NCBI GenBank assembly: GCA_050251875.1
Contig: JBFWMA010000002.1
Span: 256,001-320,000, forward strand
Length of the DNA stretch: 64,000 bases
Origin: Deferribacterales bacterium
Lineage (GTDB): Bacteria; Chrysiogenota; Deferribacteres; Deferribacterales; Geovibrionaceae
Direction of reading: 5' to 3'
Under the pieces are notes generated by a model, which saw only the letters and a program-made list of their open reading frames with translations, was not told the origin of the DNA and made no database searches. Positions 40,803 to 49,862 of this stretch are shown here, in pieces. The position numbers and the translations under genes were made by a program. The stretch's first letter is position 1. Each line of letters opens with the position of its first letter.

Positions 40803-41339
40803 TTATGCTGTTTTTTGTATTAATACACAATCATTTCCGGCTTGTTCTTTCAGCCGGACTTCAATTATTTCGTTCAGTGATGTGGGGACAACTTTTCCCA
40901 CAAAATCTGGCTGGATAGGAAGCTCTCTGTGTCCTCTGTCTATGAGGGAGGCGAGAGATATCTTTTTCGGTCTGCCCAGATCGATCAGGGCGTCCATAGC
41001 CGCTCTGGTGGTTCTGCCTGTGAAGACCACATCGTCCACCAGAATGATATGTCTGCCGCACACGTCAAAGTCTATCTCTGTCCCGTGGAGAACAGGGTAG
41101 TCGTGTATGGTGGTGAGGTCGTCTCTGTAGAGCGTGATATCCAGAAACCCCAGCAGAACATCTTTGCGTCCGGCTGTTTTCAGAATATCCGCCAGTCTGG
41201 AAGCCAGGTGCGCTCCGCCTCTGCGTATTCCCACAAGGCAGATACCGTCATTTTCCTTAACGGATTCAATGATCTGCGACACCATTCTCGTCAGTGTTCT
41301 CGACATTTCCTCTTCGTTCATTATTTCTTTCTGGGTCAT
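40803..41339 (-). CDS. pyrR: PyrR / uracil phosphoribosyltransferase-fold protein
   Basis: [30 protein letters not shown]. Confidence 0.95.
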   Translation of the reverse strand: MTQKEIMNEEEMSRTLTRMVSQIIESVKENDGICLVGIRRGGAHLASRLADILKTAGRKDVLLGFLDITLYRDDLTTIHDYPVLHGTEIDFDVCGRHIILVDDVVFTGRTTRAAMDALIDLGRPKKISLASLIDRGHRELPIQPDFVGKVVPTSLNEIIEVRLKEQAGNDCVLIQKTA

Positions 41340-41356
41340 GTAAGCCTCCGGTATGC

Positions 41357-41396
41357 AAAAAAAAAGCCTTTTAACCGCTAAATGCGGCTAAAAGGC
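41357..41396 (-). terminator. leader (attenuator) terminator upstream of pyrR
   Basis: Minus strand GCCTTTTAGCCGC-ATTTA-GCGGTTAAAAGGC-T9, ending 17 nt before the pyrR ATG. Confidence 0.85.
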
Positions 41397-41404
41397 CGTG
41401 TATT

Positions 41405-41440
41405 TCAAAAAATGTTTAGTATGTTAATCCAGTATTTCAT
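41405..41440 (-). CDS. putative pyr leader peptide MKYWINILNIF
   Basis: 11-codon ORF between a TTGACA-N18-TATTAT promoter (41484-41455) and the leader terminator. Confidence 0.45.
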   Translation of the reverse strand: MKYWINILNIF

Positions 41441-41550
41441 CGTTCACCCTTGCGATAATAGCCCTTTGTATTTTATCTTGTCAACGAAATTTGTTGATTA
41501 AAACTTTAGGATTTTATAAAATCATATAATATCAGATAAAAGGAGTTGTC

Positions 41551-41955
41551 ATGAAACTTAATACACTTGTTCTCGCCTCTGTCTTCGCTCTGATGGGCAT
41601 AATGTGGGGATGTGTAGCGGCGCCTGTTGTCGTTGCCGGAGCCGCTGGGGGCGGTGCGGTATATTCCGTTACGGCGGATACTGTTACAGATACTTTTACC
41701 ATGTCTAAAGAGCAGGCCTTCGAGGTTATGATCGGCATACTGAACTCTCAGGACGCCAAGATAACACTGTCTAGCATCTCTGACGGCAAGATCAATGCCC
41801 AGATAGAAAAATCACTGGTATATGTATCTATCGAGCAGTTCAACGCAGACAGCATCAAGCTGGTTATCAACGCTAAAAAACACATTGAGTTTCTGCCTGA
41901 TAAAGACACAGCAGTCAGGATATACAGACTCTTCATCAAGGAAACCACTAGATGA
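41551..41955 (+). CDS. small lipoprotein (DUF3568-like)
   Basis: Lipobox MWGC followed by VAAPVVVAGAAGGGA. Confidence 0.65.
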   Translation: MKLNTLVLASVFALMGIMWGCVAAPVVVAGAAGGGAVYSVTADTVTDTFTMSKEQAFEVMIGILNSQDAKITLSSISDGKINAQIEKSLVYVSIEQFNADSIKLVINAKKHIEFLPDKDTAVRIYRLFIKETTR

Positions 41956-42401
41956 TAAGAAAAGCCGTTATGTCTGATGCCAAAAACATTCAGACACTTA
42001 TAAACAGCTTTGCCAAGACCGGGCTCATGCTTCCGGTCAGCATCAACGAAATATATGAAAAGATTCTGGAATTCACCGTGTGGGATGAAGACGGGCAGAT
42101 ATTAGGCTGCTGCGCCATGCATCCCACATGGGAAAATCTGGCGGAGATACGCTCTGTGGCGGTGGACAGCACCTGCTTTAAAAAGGGCATAGGAACCGCC
42201 GTGGTGGAGAGCGCCATGCAGATGGCGAGAGACGTGGGCATCACCGATGCTTTTCTGCTGACATATCAGCCGGGATTCTTCGCCAAGCTGGGCTTCGCCG
42301 AAATAGAGAAGGAGTTTCTTCCGAAAAAGATCTGGTCGGACTGTCTGAAATGCGCAAAATTTCCTGACTGTGACGAGATCGCAATGAAACGTACATTATG
42401 A
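41952..42401 (+). CDS. GNAT N-acetyltransferase, short ArgA-like
   Basis: WENLAEIRSVAV, GIG, LPKKIWSDCLKC.KFPDCDE. Confidence 0.85.
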   Translation: MIRKAVMSDAKNIQTLINSFAKTGLMLPVSINEIYEKILEFTVWDEDGQILGCCAMHPTWENLAEIRSVAVDSTCFKKGIGTAVVESAMQMARDVGITDAFLLTYQPGFFAKLGFAEIEKEFLPKKIWSDCLKCAKFPDCDEIAMKRTL

Positions 42402-43720
42402 TTGATAATTTTCGCCGTCTTATTGATAAATACAGTACATTCTATGACAATATATCTGTGTGCGTCACGGAATCCGGATCAAAAAGCGTTCAGCTGAACG
42501 GTTTTGAGCTGGAGAATATCGAAGTATCTGACGATGTGTCCGTCTCTGTCCGGGCTTATAAGGACGGAAGACTGATCGCCTTCGGATATGACGGCTCGGA
42601 CACAGATTTCGCTGACGCCAGCCTCAGAGATCATCAGAAAATCATCTCTCTTCTTCCTGAAGACTATAACAGATATATTCCGGCTATGGCTGATGTTTCC
42701 ATGTCGCCGGAATATGATGAGGATATCCGTGGCGTGGACACAGGCAGACTGATAGCCGCCGCCTCGGATGCGGTCAGAGCCGCTCTGGACAGCGACAGCA
42801 GGGTGAAATATGTGAAACAGTCCTCAGCGGAGGCTTCTGAACAGAAGAGGACGCTGATTTCCAGAGACGGACTGCTGTCTGACATCAGCACATATTATTC
42901 TTCATCCGTCTACCTGATAGCCGAAAGCGGCACAGCCGGAAACAGCGGAGGACAGGACGCTTACGGGGTTGCGGACTCTGTGTATTTCAGCGGACTGAGC
43001 CACACGCAGGCGGCCAGAGAAGCGGCGGACAAGGCATGCGGGCTTCTGAACCCGAAGAGGCTCAGGACAGCGAAATACGGCATTCTGTTTACTCCGGAGG
43101 TTACGGCTGAGTTCCTCGACCTGATACTGGAGCTGGTAAACGCCGAAAACGTTTATAAAAATATGAGTATTCTCGCTGGGAAACTGGGTGACAAATGCGC
43201 ATCCGGTCTGACACTGACGGATGATCCGTTTATAAAAAGAGGGACGGGATCCAGATTTTTTGACAGCGAAGGACAGACTTCTCAGAAAACTATTATATTT
43301 AATAACGGTTTGCTGGAATCTTATCTCCATAACAGCTACACTGCGAAAGCCATGGGCATGAAAAACACCGCAAACGCCGTGATGATCAAAAACGGCAATG
43401 TCGGCATATCCTGCTCAAATGTGAAAATTGACGCTACCACCGATAAAAAACCTTACGATTTTATGAGCGAATATGTTAAAGTCTCTGAGGTCATGGGGAT
43501 GCACACCGCCGATGTTGTCAGCGGTGATTTTTCCGTGGGGATATCAGGGATTTATTATAAAAACGGCGAGCCGGCGCACGCTTTCAGAGAAGCGGTGCTG
43601 TCCGGAAATCTCAAGGACATGCTGAACAGCCTGATTCATGTTTTTGACAACCATAAAACCTTCGGCGGGATAACATCCGCCGCTGCGCTTTTTGATAAAA
43701 TGACTGTGAGCGGGGAATAA
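42398..43720 (+). CDS. pmbA: TldD/PmbA family protein
   Basis: FFDSEG, NTANA, MGMHTADVVSGDFSVG, SGNLKDML. Confidence 0.85.
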   Translation: MIDNFRRLIDKYSTFYDNISVCVTESGSKSVQLNGFELENIEVSDDVSVSVRAYKDGRLIAFGYDGSDTDFADASLRDHQKIISLLPEDYNRYIPAMADVSMSPEYDEDIRGVDTGRLIAAASDAVRAALDSDSRVKYVKQSSAEASEQKRTLISRDGLLSDISTYYSSSVYLIAESGTAGNSGGQDAYGVADSVYFSGLSHTQAAREAADKACGLLNPKRLRTAKYGILFTPEVTAEFLDLILELVNAENVYKNMSILAGKLGDKCASGLTLTDDPFIKRGTGSRFFDSEGQTSQKTIIFNNGLLESYLHNSYTAKAMGMKNTANAVMIKNGNVGISCSNVKIDATTDKKPYDFMSEYVKVSEVMGMHTADVVSGDFSVGISGIYYKNGEPAHAFREAVLSGNLKDMLNSLIHVFDNHKTFGGITSAAALFDKMTVSGE

Positions 43721-43726
43721 CTCATT

Positions 43727-44842
43727 ATGATGATTGACGAAATATTAAGCGAAACCGAAAAACTGAACAAAGAGGTGCAGAGTTTCGCCACCGCTATGAA
43801 CGAAGACGAGCTGAGAAAAAAGATAGCGAAAATAGATGAAATGTCCATGAACGACCCTGATTTCTGGAGCAAACAGGAATCCAAGCTCGTTCTGAAAGAG
43901 CAGGCGGTTCTGAAGAAAAAGCTGGAATCATGGGAAGAGCTGAAGACTCTCAGAGACGATATGGAAGTTCTTCTCGACCTGGTAAAAGAGGGCGAAGAGG
44001 GGCTGGAAGGCGATATAGATCAGGCTCTTAAGGCTTTCTCTAAGAAGGTCAGCGAGTTCGAGCTTCAGCTTGTGCTCAGCGGACCCAACGACGCCAACAA
44101 CGCCATCGTGACGATCAACTCCGGAGCGGGCGGCACAGAGGCGAGCGACTGGGCATCCATGCTCTACAGAATGTATACACACTTTGCTGAGAATAAAGGC
44201 TATAAATGCGAGATTCTGGACTATATGGACGGTGACGAGGCGGGCATAAAGAACGCCACTATCAACATAAAGGGTCCGTTCTGCTATGGATATCTTAAGG
44301 GTGAGACGGGCGTTCACAGGCTTGTGCGCATATCTCCTTTCGACTCAGCCAACAGAAGACACACATCATTCGCCGCTGTTTTCGTAATGCCCGAGATAGA
44401 GGACGATATTGAAGTGGATATCAACGAGAGCGATCTCCAGATAGACACATACAGAGCAGGAGGAGCGGGCGGACAGCATATCAACACCACAGACTCCGCT
44501 GTGCGCATCACGCACGCTCCCACAGGCATTGTTGTCACATGTCAGTCTGAAAGAAGCCAGCACAAGAACAAGGCGCACGCCATGAAGATCCTCAAATCAA
44601 GGATTTATGAATATGAGCTGGCGAAAAAGAACGAAGAGAAACAGAAGCTGGAAAGCACCAAGACCGACATCGGCTGGGGCAACCAGATCAGATCATATGT
44701 TATGCATCCATATAAAATGGTAAAGGACCTGCGCACCAGACATGAGACCGGAAACGTGGATTCCGTGATGGACGGAAACCTGGACGGATTCATTCGCTCA
44801 TACCTTCTGCACAGTGCGGGAATCGACAATGACAAAGACTAA
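43727..44842 (+). CDS. prfB: peptide chain release factor 2 (single uninterrupted ORF)
   Basis: SPF tripeptide (RISPFD), GGQ, WGNQIRSYV. Confidence 0.97.
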   Translation: MMIDEILSETEKLNKEVQSFATAMNEDELRKKIAKIDEMSMNDPDFWSKQESKLVLKEQAVLKKKLESWEELKTLRDDMEVLLDLVKEGEEGLEGDIDQALKAFSKKVSEFELQLVLSGPNDANNAIVTINSGAGGTEASDWASMLYRMYTHFAENKGYKCEILDYMDGDEAGIKNATINIKGPFCYGYLKGETGVHRLVRISPFDSANRRHTSFAAVFVMPEIEDDIEVDINESDLQIDTYRAGGAGGQHINTTDSAVRITHAPTGIVVTCQSERSQHKNKAHAMKILKSRIYEYELAKKNEEKQKLESTKTDIGWGNQIRSYVMHPYKMVKDLRTRHETGNVDSVMDGNLDGFIRSYLLHSAGIDNDKD

Positions 44843-45917
44843 GATCAAATCCCTAAGGCCGACATACGCAGAGATCGACCTTGCCGCCTTCGGGCATAAT
44901 ATCGAAGCCGCCAGACAGAAGGCGGGCACAGACATCATAGCCATAGTAAAGGCGGACGGCTATGGACACGGAGCGATGAAGCTGGCGGCATACGCCTATG
45001 AACAGCACAGAGTGAAGCGTTTCGGCGTTGCCACTATTCTGGAAGGGATGATTCTCAGGGAATATCTGGGCTCAGAACCGATGATATTCATTCTGGGATA
45101 TGTGGATGAGGATTTTTTTGACGATGTGCTGGAATACAACCTTATCCTGACTATGGTGGATGAGAAATTCGCCGGATGTTTCAACAGCTATCTGGGCAAA
45201 CAGAACAGACACGCATACGTCTCTGTTAAAATAGACACTGGTATGAACAGGCTCGGTTTTTCGCCGGATATGGTCTGGGCGGATTTTCTGAACAGATACG
45301 AAAACCTGCGCCCCATACATGTTATGAGTCACCTGTCATCATCCGATTCTGATGTGGAATATTCCGCCTCTCAGATCGAGATTTTCGACAGCTATATCAA
45401 AAGAAACAACATCACATGTCACTCCAGCCTGTATAACTCGTCAGGCGTTTCCGGATTTGACAATAAATTTTCGCTGGCTCGCCCGGGGCTGATGCTTTAC
45501 GGCTATATATACGGCGAAAACAGTGTTACACTGAAAAAGGTGATGCGCATCTACTCTAAGGTTGTGCATGTGAAACAGATCAGAAAGGGCGAGGCGGTCA
45601 GCTATAACAGGCGTTTTTTCGCTCAGAAAGACATGACATACGGCGTGGTGCCGATAGGCTATGCGGACGGATATCAGAGATGTTTTACCAATGTGAGCCA
45701 TATGCTGGTGAACGGCGTGAAATGTCCCGTGATAGGCACAATCTGTATGGATATGACTATGATAGACCTTTCTGGGGTGGACACCAACGGTGAAATGGTG
45801 GTAGAAATATTAGGTGACAATATAGGAGCGGATCAGTGGGCGGAATGGGCAGGCACCATTTCCTATGAAATGCTCTGCGGGATATCCGACAGGATACCCA
45901 GAATATATATAGGCTGA
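44829..45917 (+). CDS. alr: alanine racemase
   Basis: AIVKADGYGHG, KIDTGMNRLG, IGYADG, ICMDM, TISYE. Confidence 0.97.
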   Translation: MTKTKIKSLRPTYAEIDLAAFGHNIEAARQKAGTDIIAIVKADGYGHGAMKLAAYAYEQHRVKRFGVATILEGMILREYLGSEPMIFILGYVDEDFFDDVLEYNLILTMVDEKFAGCFNSYLGKQNRHAYVSVKIDTGMNRLGFSPDMVWADFLNRYENLRPIHVMSHLSSSDSDVEYSASQIEIFDSYIKRNNITCHSSLYNSSGVSGFDNKFSLARPGLMLYGYIYGENSVTLKKVMRIYSKVVHVKQIRKGEAVSYNRRFFAQKDMTYGVVPIGYADGYQRCFTNVSHMLVNGVKCPVIGTICMDMTMIDLSGVDTNGEMVVEILGDNIGADQWAEWAGTISYEMLCGISDRIPRIYIG

Positions 45918-45924
45918 GGCGGTT

Positions 45925-46695
45925 TTGAATAAATTTTTGTCTTTATTAGGAGCACCTTTTCTTAACCTTGTGGATATTACGGGACAGATGTCTGTACTGT
46001 TCTTCACTACACTCAGGCTCATTTTCAAAAAGCCATTCAGAACAAGACTCCTTTTAAAACAGATAGAGTTCATAGGCGCTAACTCATTATCGGTTATCGT
46101 GCTCACAGGCAGTTTCACCGGGATGGTTTTCGCTTTTCAGAGTTATATCGGCTTTCACAAGTTCGGCGCGGATCAGCTCGTGGGTACTGTTGTGGCGCTG
46201 GGCATGGCAAGGGAGCTTGGTCCTGTTCTCTCTTCCATAATGGTTGCCGCCCGTGCTGGATCAGCCATCACGGCAGAGATAGGCACCATGAAAGTGACAG
46301 AACAGGTAGACGCTCTGAACGCTCTGGCTGTTGACCCTATCCACTATCTTTTTGTTCCCAGAATACTCGCCGGGTTTATCGTTATGCCCATGCTGAACGC
46401 CATCGCAGTTTTCTGCGGTATAGTCGGCGGAGCGGTTGTCGGCGTGAAAGTTCTCGGGATCAACAAAACACTTTACCTGCAATATATGTACACCTACATA
46501 GAACTGGACGATTTCATCAACGGCATGATCAAGTCTTTCGTTTTCGGAGGGCTGGTTACACTCGTTGGATGCTATAAAGGATATATGACAAGAGGCGGAG
46601 CGGAAGGAGTGGGCAGAGCCACAACAGAATCCGTGGTTCTGGCGTGTATCCTGATACTTGTTTTCGACTATATACTTACCGCTTTCATGTTTTAG
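45925..46695 (+). CDS. mlaE: MlaE family lipid ABC permease
   Basis: RELGPVL, AEIGTMKVTEQVDAL, GGAEGVGRATT. Confidence 0.95.
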   Translation: MNKFLSLLGAPFLNLVDITGQMSVLFFTTLRLIFKKPFRTRLLLKQIEFIGANSLSVIVLTGSFTGMVFAFQSYIGFHKFGADQLVGTVVALGMARELGPVLSSIMVAARAGSAITAEIGTMKVTEQVDALNALAVDPIHYLFVPRILAGFIVMPMLNAIAVFCGIVGGAVVGVKVLGINKTLYLQYMYTYIELDDFINGMIKSFVFGGLVTLVGCYKGYMTRGGAEGVGRATTESVVLACILILVFDYILTAFMF

Positions 46696-46703
46696 AGGTT
46701 TTG

Positions 46704-47459
46704 ATGGAATACGCTATAGAGTGCATCGACCTGCATAAAAGTTTCGGAAGACACCAGATACACAAGGGTATCGACCTTAAGATAGTTAAGGGCGCTATCA
46801 CTTACATCATCGGTCCTTCGGGAACAGGGAAGTCTGTGCTCTTAAAACAGCTCTGCGGGCTGATGCCGCCCACCAAAGGAAAGGTTCTGGTGAACGGCAG
46901 AGACCTGACGCAGATGAAACAGTCCGAGCTGACTGAAATGCGCAAGAAATTCGGCATACTTTTTCAGAACGCCGCTCTTTTCGACTCTATGAACGTGTTC
47001 GAAAACGTGGCTTTTCCTCTGGTGGAGCACACTAAGCTGTCTAAGAACGAGATAGCGAAGATAGTGTCGGAGAAGCTGAGGCTGGTCGGTCTGCGTGATG
47101 TGGAGCAGAAGATGCCTTCCGAGCTTTCCGGCGGTATGAGAAAAAGGGTGGGGCTTGCCAGAGCCATCGCTCTGGAACCGGAGATAATATTATATGACGA
47201 GCCGACAACAGGGCTCGATCCGATAATGTGCGATGCTGTGGACAACCTGATTCACGACACACAGAAAGAGCTGGGGATTACATCCATTGTCATCTCCCAC
47301 GATATAGAGAGCACTTTGAAAATCGCTGACTACATAGCGATGCTTTACGATGGAAAGGTGGTGCTTTACGGCACGCCTGAAGAGTTTAAAACTACTGAAA
47401 ACCCTTATGTGAGGCAGTTTTTCTCCGCTTCTAAAGAGGGTCCGATCAACATAATTTAA
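46704..47459 (+). CDS. mlaF: MlaF family ABC ATPase
   Basis: GPSGTGKS, ELSGGMRKRVGLARA, YDEPTTGLDP; ATG 46704. Confidence 0.95.
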   Translation: MEYAIECIDLHKSFGRHQIHKGIDLKIVKGAITYIIGPSGTGKSVLLKQLCGLMPPTKGKVLVNGRDLTQMKQSELTEMRKKFGILFQNAALFDSMNVFENVAFPLVEHTKLSKNEIAKIVSEKLRLVGLRDVEQKMPSELSGGMRKRVGLARAIALEPEIILYDEPTTGLDPIMCDAVDNLIHDTQKELGITSIVISHDIESTLKIADYIAMLYDGKVVLYGTPEEFKTTENPYVRQFFSASKEGPINII

Positions 47460-47471
47460 CCGGAGCGTTTT

Positions 47472-49037
47472 ATGAACATGGGACTTGAGGCTAAAGTAGG
47501 ATTATTTGTTGTGGGGTGTTTACTCCTGATCAGCGCCATGTCGCTGAAGCTGGTGGATTTTGATATATCCGGCAGTTCAGGAACCCGTATTCAGGCTGTT
47601 CTGGATGATGCGGCTGGTCTGACAAAAGACGCCGTTGTTATCTTCAGCGGTGTAGAGGTGGGCAAGGTGACCGACCTCCAGCTGAAAGACGGAAAAGCCG
47701 TTGTCTCCATGCTGATAAACAAAGAATACACTCTGCCGTCCAACATCTCTCTGGCCGTACGCTCCAAAGGCTTTCTGGGAGAGAAATACGCTGAGCTGAA
47801 AGTGAAAGGCGAAAGCGCTGACGGTATGCTGGCTGAAAACGACACAATATCAGCGGAAGCAGGCGGAACCGATTTCGACCAGCTGGGCAACAAGCTGGGC
47901 GATATAGCCGATGATGTGAAAGCTATCACCGCCTCTCTGAAAGAGGTTCTGGCGACCCAGCAGGCGAGAGAGAACATGACTGTTTCTCTTCAGAATATCA
48001 GAGAGATAACAGATGCCGTAAACCACATTGTCGCTCAGAACGAGCAGAGGGTTAACGCCATCATCTATAACATTGACGTGCTCACAGCCAGACTGGCTGA
48101 TATAACCACTAACAACGCCGAAGGCATCAACCAGATAGTGGACAACATAAATGCCCTGACAGCGGAGCTGAGACAGCAGACTCCGGACATCGCCTCCAAC
48201 CTGAAAAATATCACGGGCGATGTGAACGATATAGTCAGCGGAAACAAAGACAACATAAACGGTACTCTGAAAAACATGAACACCGTTACTACAAAACTTG
48301 AGAAAACTGTTGATAACCTTAATGATATCACTGGTAAGATCAATGAGGGCAAAGGCAGTATAGGAAAACTGGTGAACGAAGAAGAGACGGTGGAAAACCT
48401 GAACGGCGCCCTGAAAGGTCTGAAAGACACTCTGGGCAAAATGAACGAGTTCAAAGTTGACCTCGCTTTCTTCGCAGAAAAATACGGCAACATAGACGAA
48501 GGTCAGGGACACTTCACACTGAAGATCACTCCCAGCCACAAAAGATACTATCTGCTGGGGCTGAACAGCAACCCCACAGGCACCACAAAAAAGACAACCG
48601 TGTCTGAAGTCGCCGACTATTCATACGGCACAGGCGGCACAGAGGGCGACTACAGCAGAACAGTAACCAAGAGAGAGACATCCGACAACATGACATACAC
48701 ACTGATGTACGCTCACAGATTCTGGGAGAAATTCCACTTCCGTGTGGGTCTGGAGGAATCAGAAGCCGGGATAGGTCTGGATTATCACCCTCTGAAGGAT
48801 GAAGACAAGCTGGTGTTCTCTGTGGATGCTTTCGACTTTCCTGATAAAGATGATGACTATAAAACACATATAAAAGCTACCGCAAAATATGTGCTTTATA
48901 AAAATATATTCCTCCACGGCGGTTATGACAACTTCCTGAATGATGACAGAAGATCATATTTCGTGGGCGGCGGTGTTCAGTTCAGCGATGACGATCTGAA
49001 ATATCTGCTGGGCAAAATGCCTGTTCCCCTGAACTGA
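47472..49037 (+). CDS. mlaD: long MCE/MlaD protein
   Basis: EAKVGLFV TM, GL..V..SGVEVGKV MCE, LGEKY, long heptad region, aromatic C-terminal domain. Confidence 0.85.
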   Translation: MNMGLEAKVGLFVVGCLLLISAMSLKLVDFDISGSSGTRIQAVLDDAAGLTKDAVVIFSGVEVGKVTDLQLKDGKAVVSMLINKEYTLPSNISLAVRSKGFLGEKYAELKVKGESADGMLAENDTISAEAGGTDFDQLGNKLGDIADDVKAITASLKEVLATQQARENMTVSLQNIREITDAVNHIVAQNEQRVNAIIYNIDVLTARLADITTNNAEGINQIVDNINALTAELRQQTPDIASNLKNITGDVNDIVSGNKDNINGTLKNMNTVTTKLEKTVDNLNDITGKINEGKGSIGKLVNEEETVENLNGALKGLKDTLGKMNEFKVDLAFFAEKYGNIDEGQGHFTLKITPSHKRYYLLGLNSNPTGTTKKTTVSEVADYSYGTGGTEGDYSRTVTKRETSDNMTYTLMYAHRFWEKFHFRVGLEESEAGIGLDYHPLKDEDKLVFSVDAFDFPDKDDDYKTHIKATAKYVLYKNIFLHGGYDNFLNDDRRSYFVGGGVQFSDDDLKYLLGKMPVPLN

Positions 49038-49038
49038 T

Positions 49039-49827
49039 ATGGAGCTGTCACTCGGAATATCCACATGCCCGAACGACACATATATCTTCGGGGCGCTGTT
49101 AGAGGGATTTGTTAAAACAGAGCATACGTTCGACCTGTTCATGGACGATGTGCAGGTGCTGAACAACATGGCTCTGAAAGCCGAAAGAGACATTCTGAAA
49201 GTATCTTACGGCGTTGTCCCTATGGTTCTGGATAACTATCGTGTGCTGAGGTCGGGCGGTGCGCTCGGGTTCGGCTGCGGTCCTCTGGTTGTCTCCGCAT
49301 CAGATACTCCCGTTGAAAACCTTAAAGGCAGAAAGATCGCCATCCCCGGCGTTAATACCAGCGCTTTCAGATTTTTCAAAATGTTCTTCGGAGAGGATTA
49401 CGACTTCGTTGAGCTTCGGTTCGACATGATTATGCCCGCCATAGCCTCCGGCGATGTCGCCGCCGGAGTGATAATCCACGAAGGGCGCTTCGTCTATCAG
49501 AACATGCACCTGAAAAAGCTCTGTGATCTGGGCGAGCTCTATGAAAAAAGATTCAATTCTCCCATCCCGCTGGGCGCTATTATCATCAGAAAAGATAAAG
49601 CGCACATGGCGCCGGAGATCAACCGTATTATAAAAGAATCCATTATTTTCGCAGATACTAATTATGATAAAATTGAACCTTTTATCAAAAAACACGTTCA
49701 GGAAATGGAGGACTCAGTTATCAGAAGCCACATCGGGCTCTATGTAAATGAGTTTTCAAAAAATCTTGATCCTGCTGTGGAAGGTCTGTGTAAATTTTTA
49801 GACACAGAAATTTCAGTATTTGTTTGA
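49039..49827 (+). CDS. mqnD: 1,4-dihydroxy-6-naphthoate synthase
   Basis: STCPNDTYIF, GGALGFGCGP, IIHEGRF, HIGLYVNEFS. Confidence 0.95.
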   Translation: MELSLGISTCPNDTYIFGALLEGFVKTEHTFDLFMDDVQVLNNMALKAERDILKVSYGVVPMVLDNYRVLRSGGALGFGCGPLVVSASDTPVENLKGRKIAIPGVNTSAFRFFKMFFGEDYDFVELRFDMIMPAIASGDVAAGVIIHEGRFVYQNMHLKKLCDLGELYEKRFNSPIPLGAIIIRKDKAHMAPEINRIIKESIIFADTNYDKIEPFIKKHVQEMEDSVIRSHIGLYVNEFSKNLDPAVEGLCKFLDTEISVFV

Positions 49828-49862
49828 TTGCAGAGTCAAAAGGAATCTGATAAATATACTTT

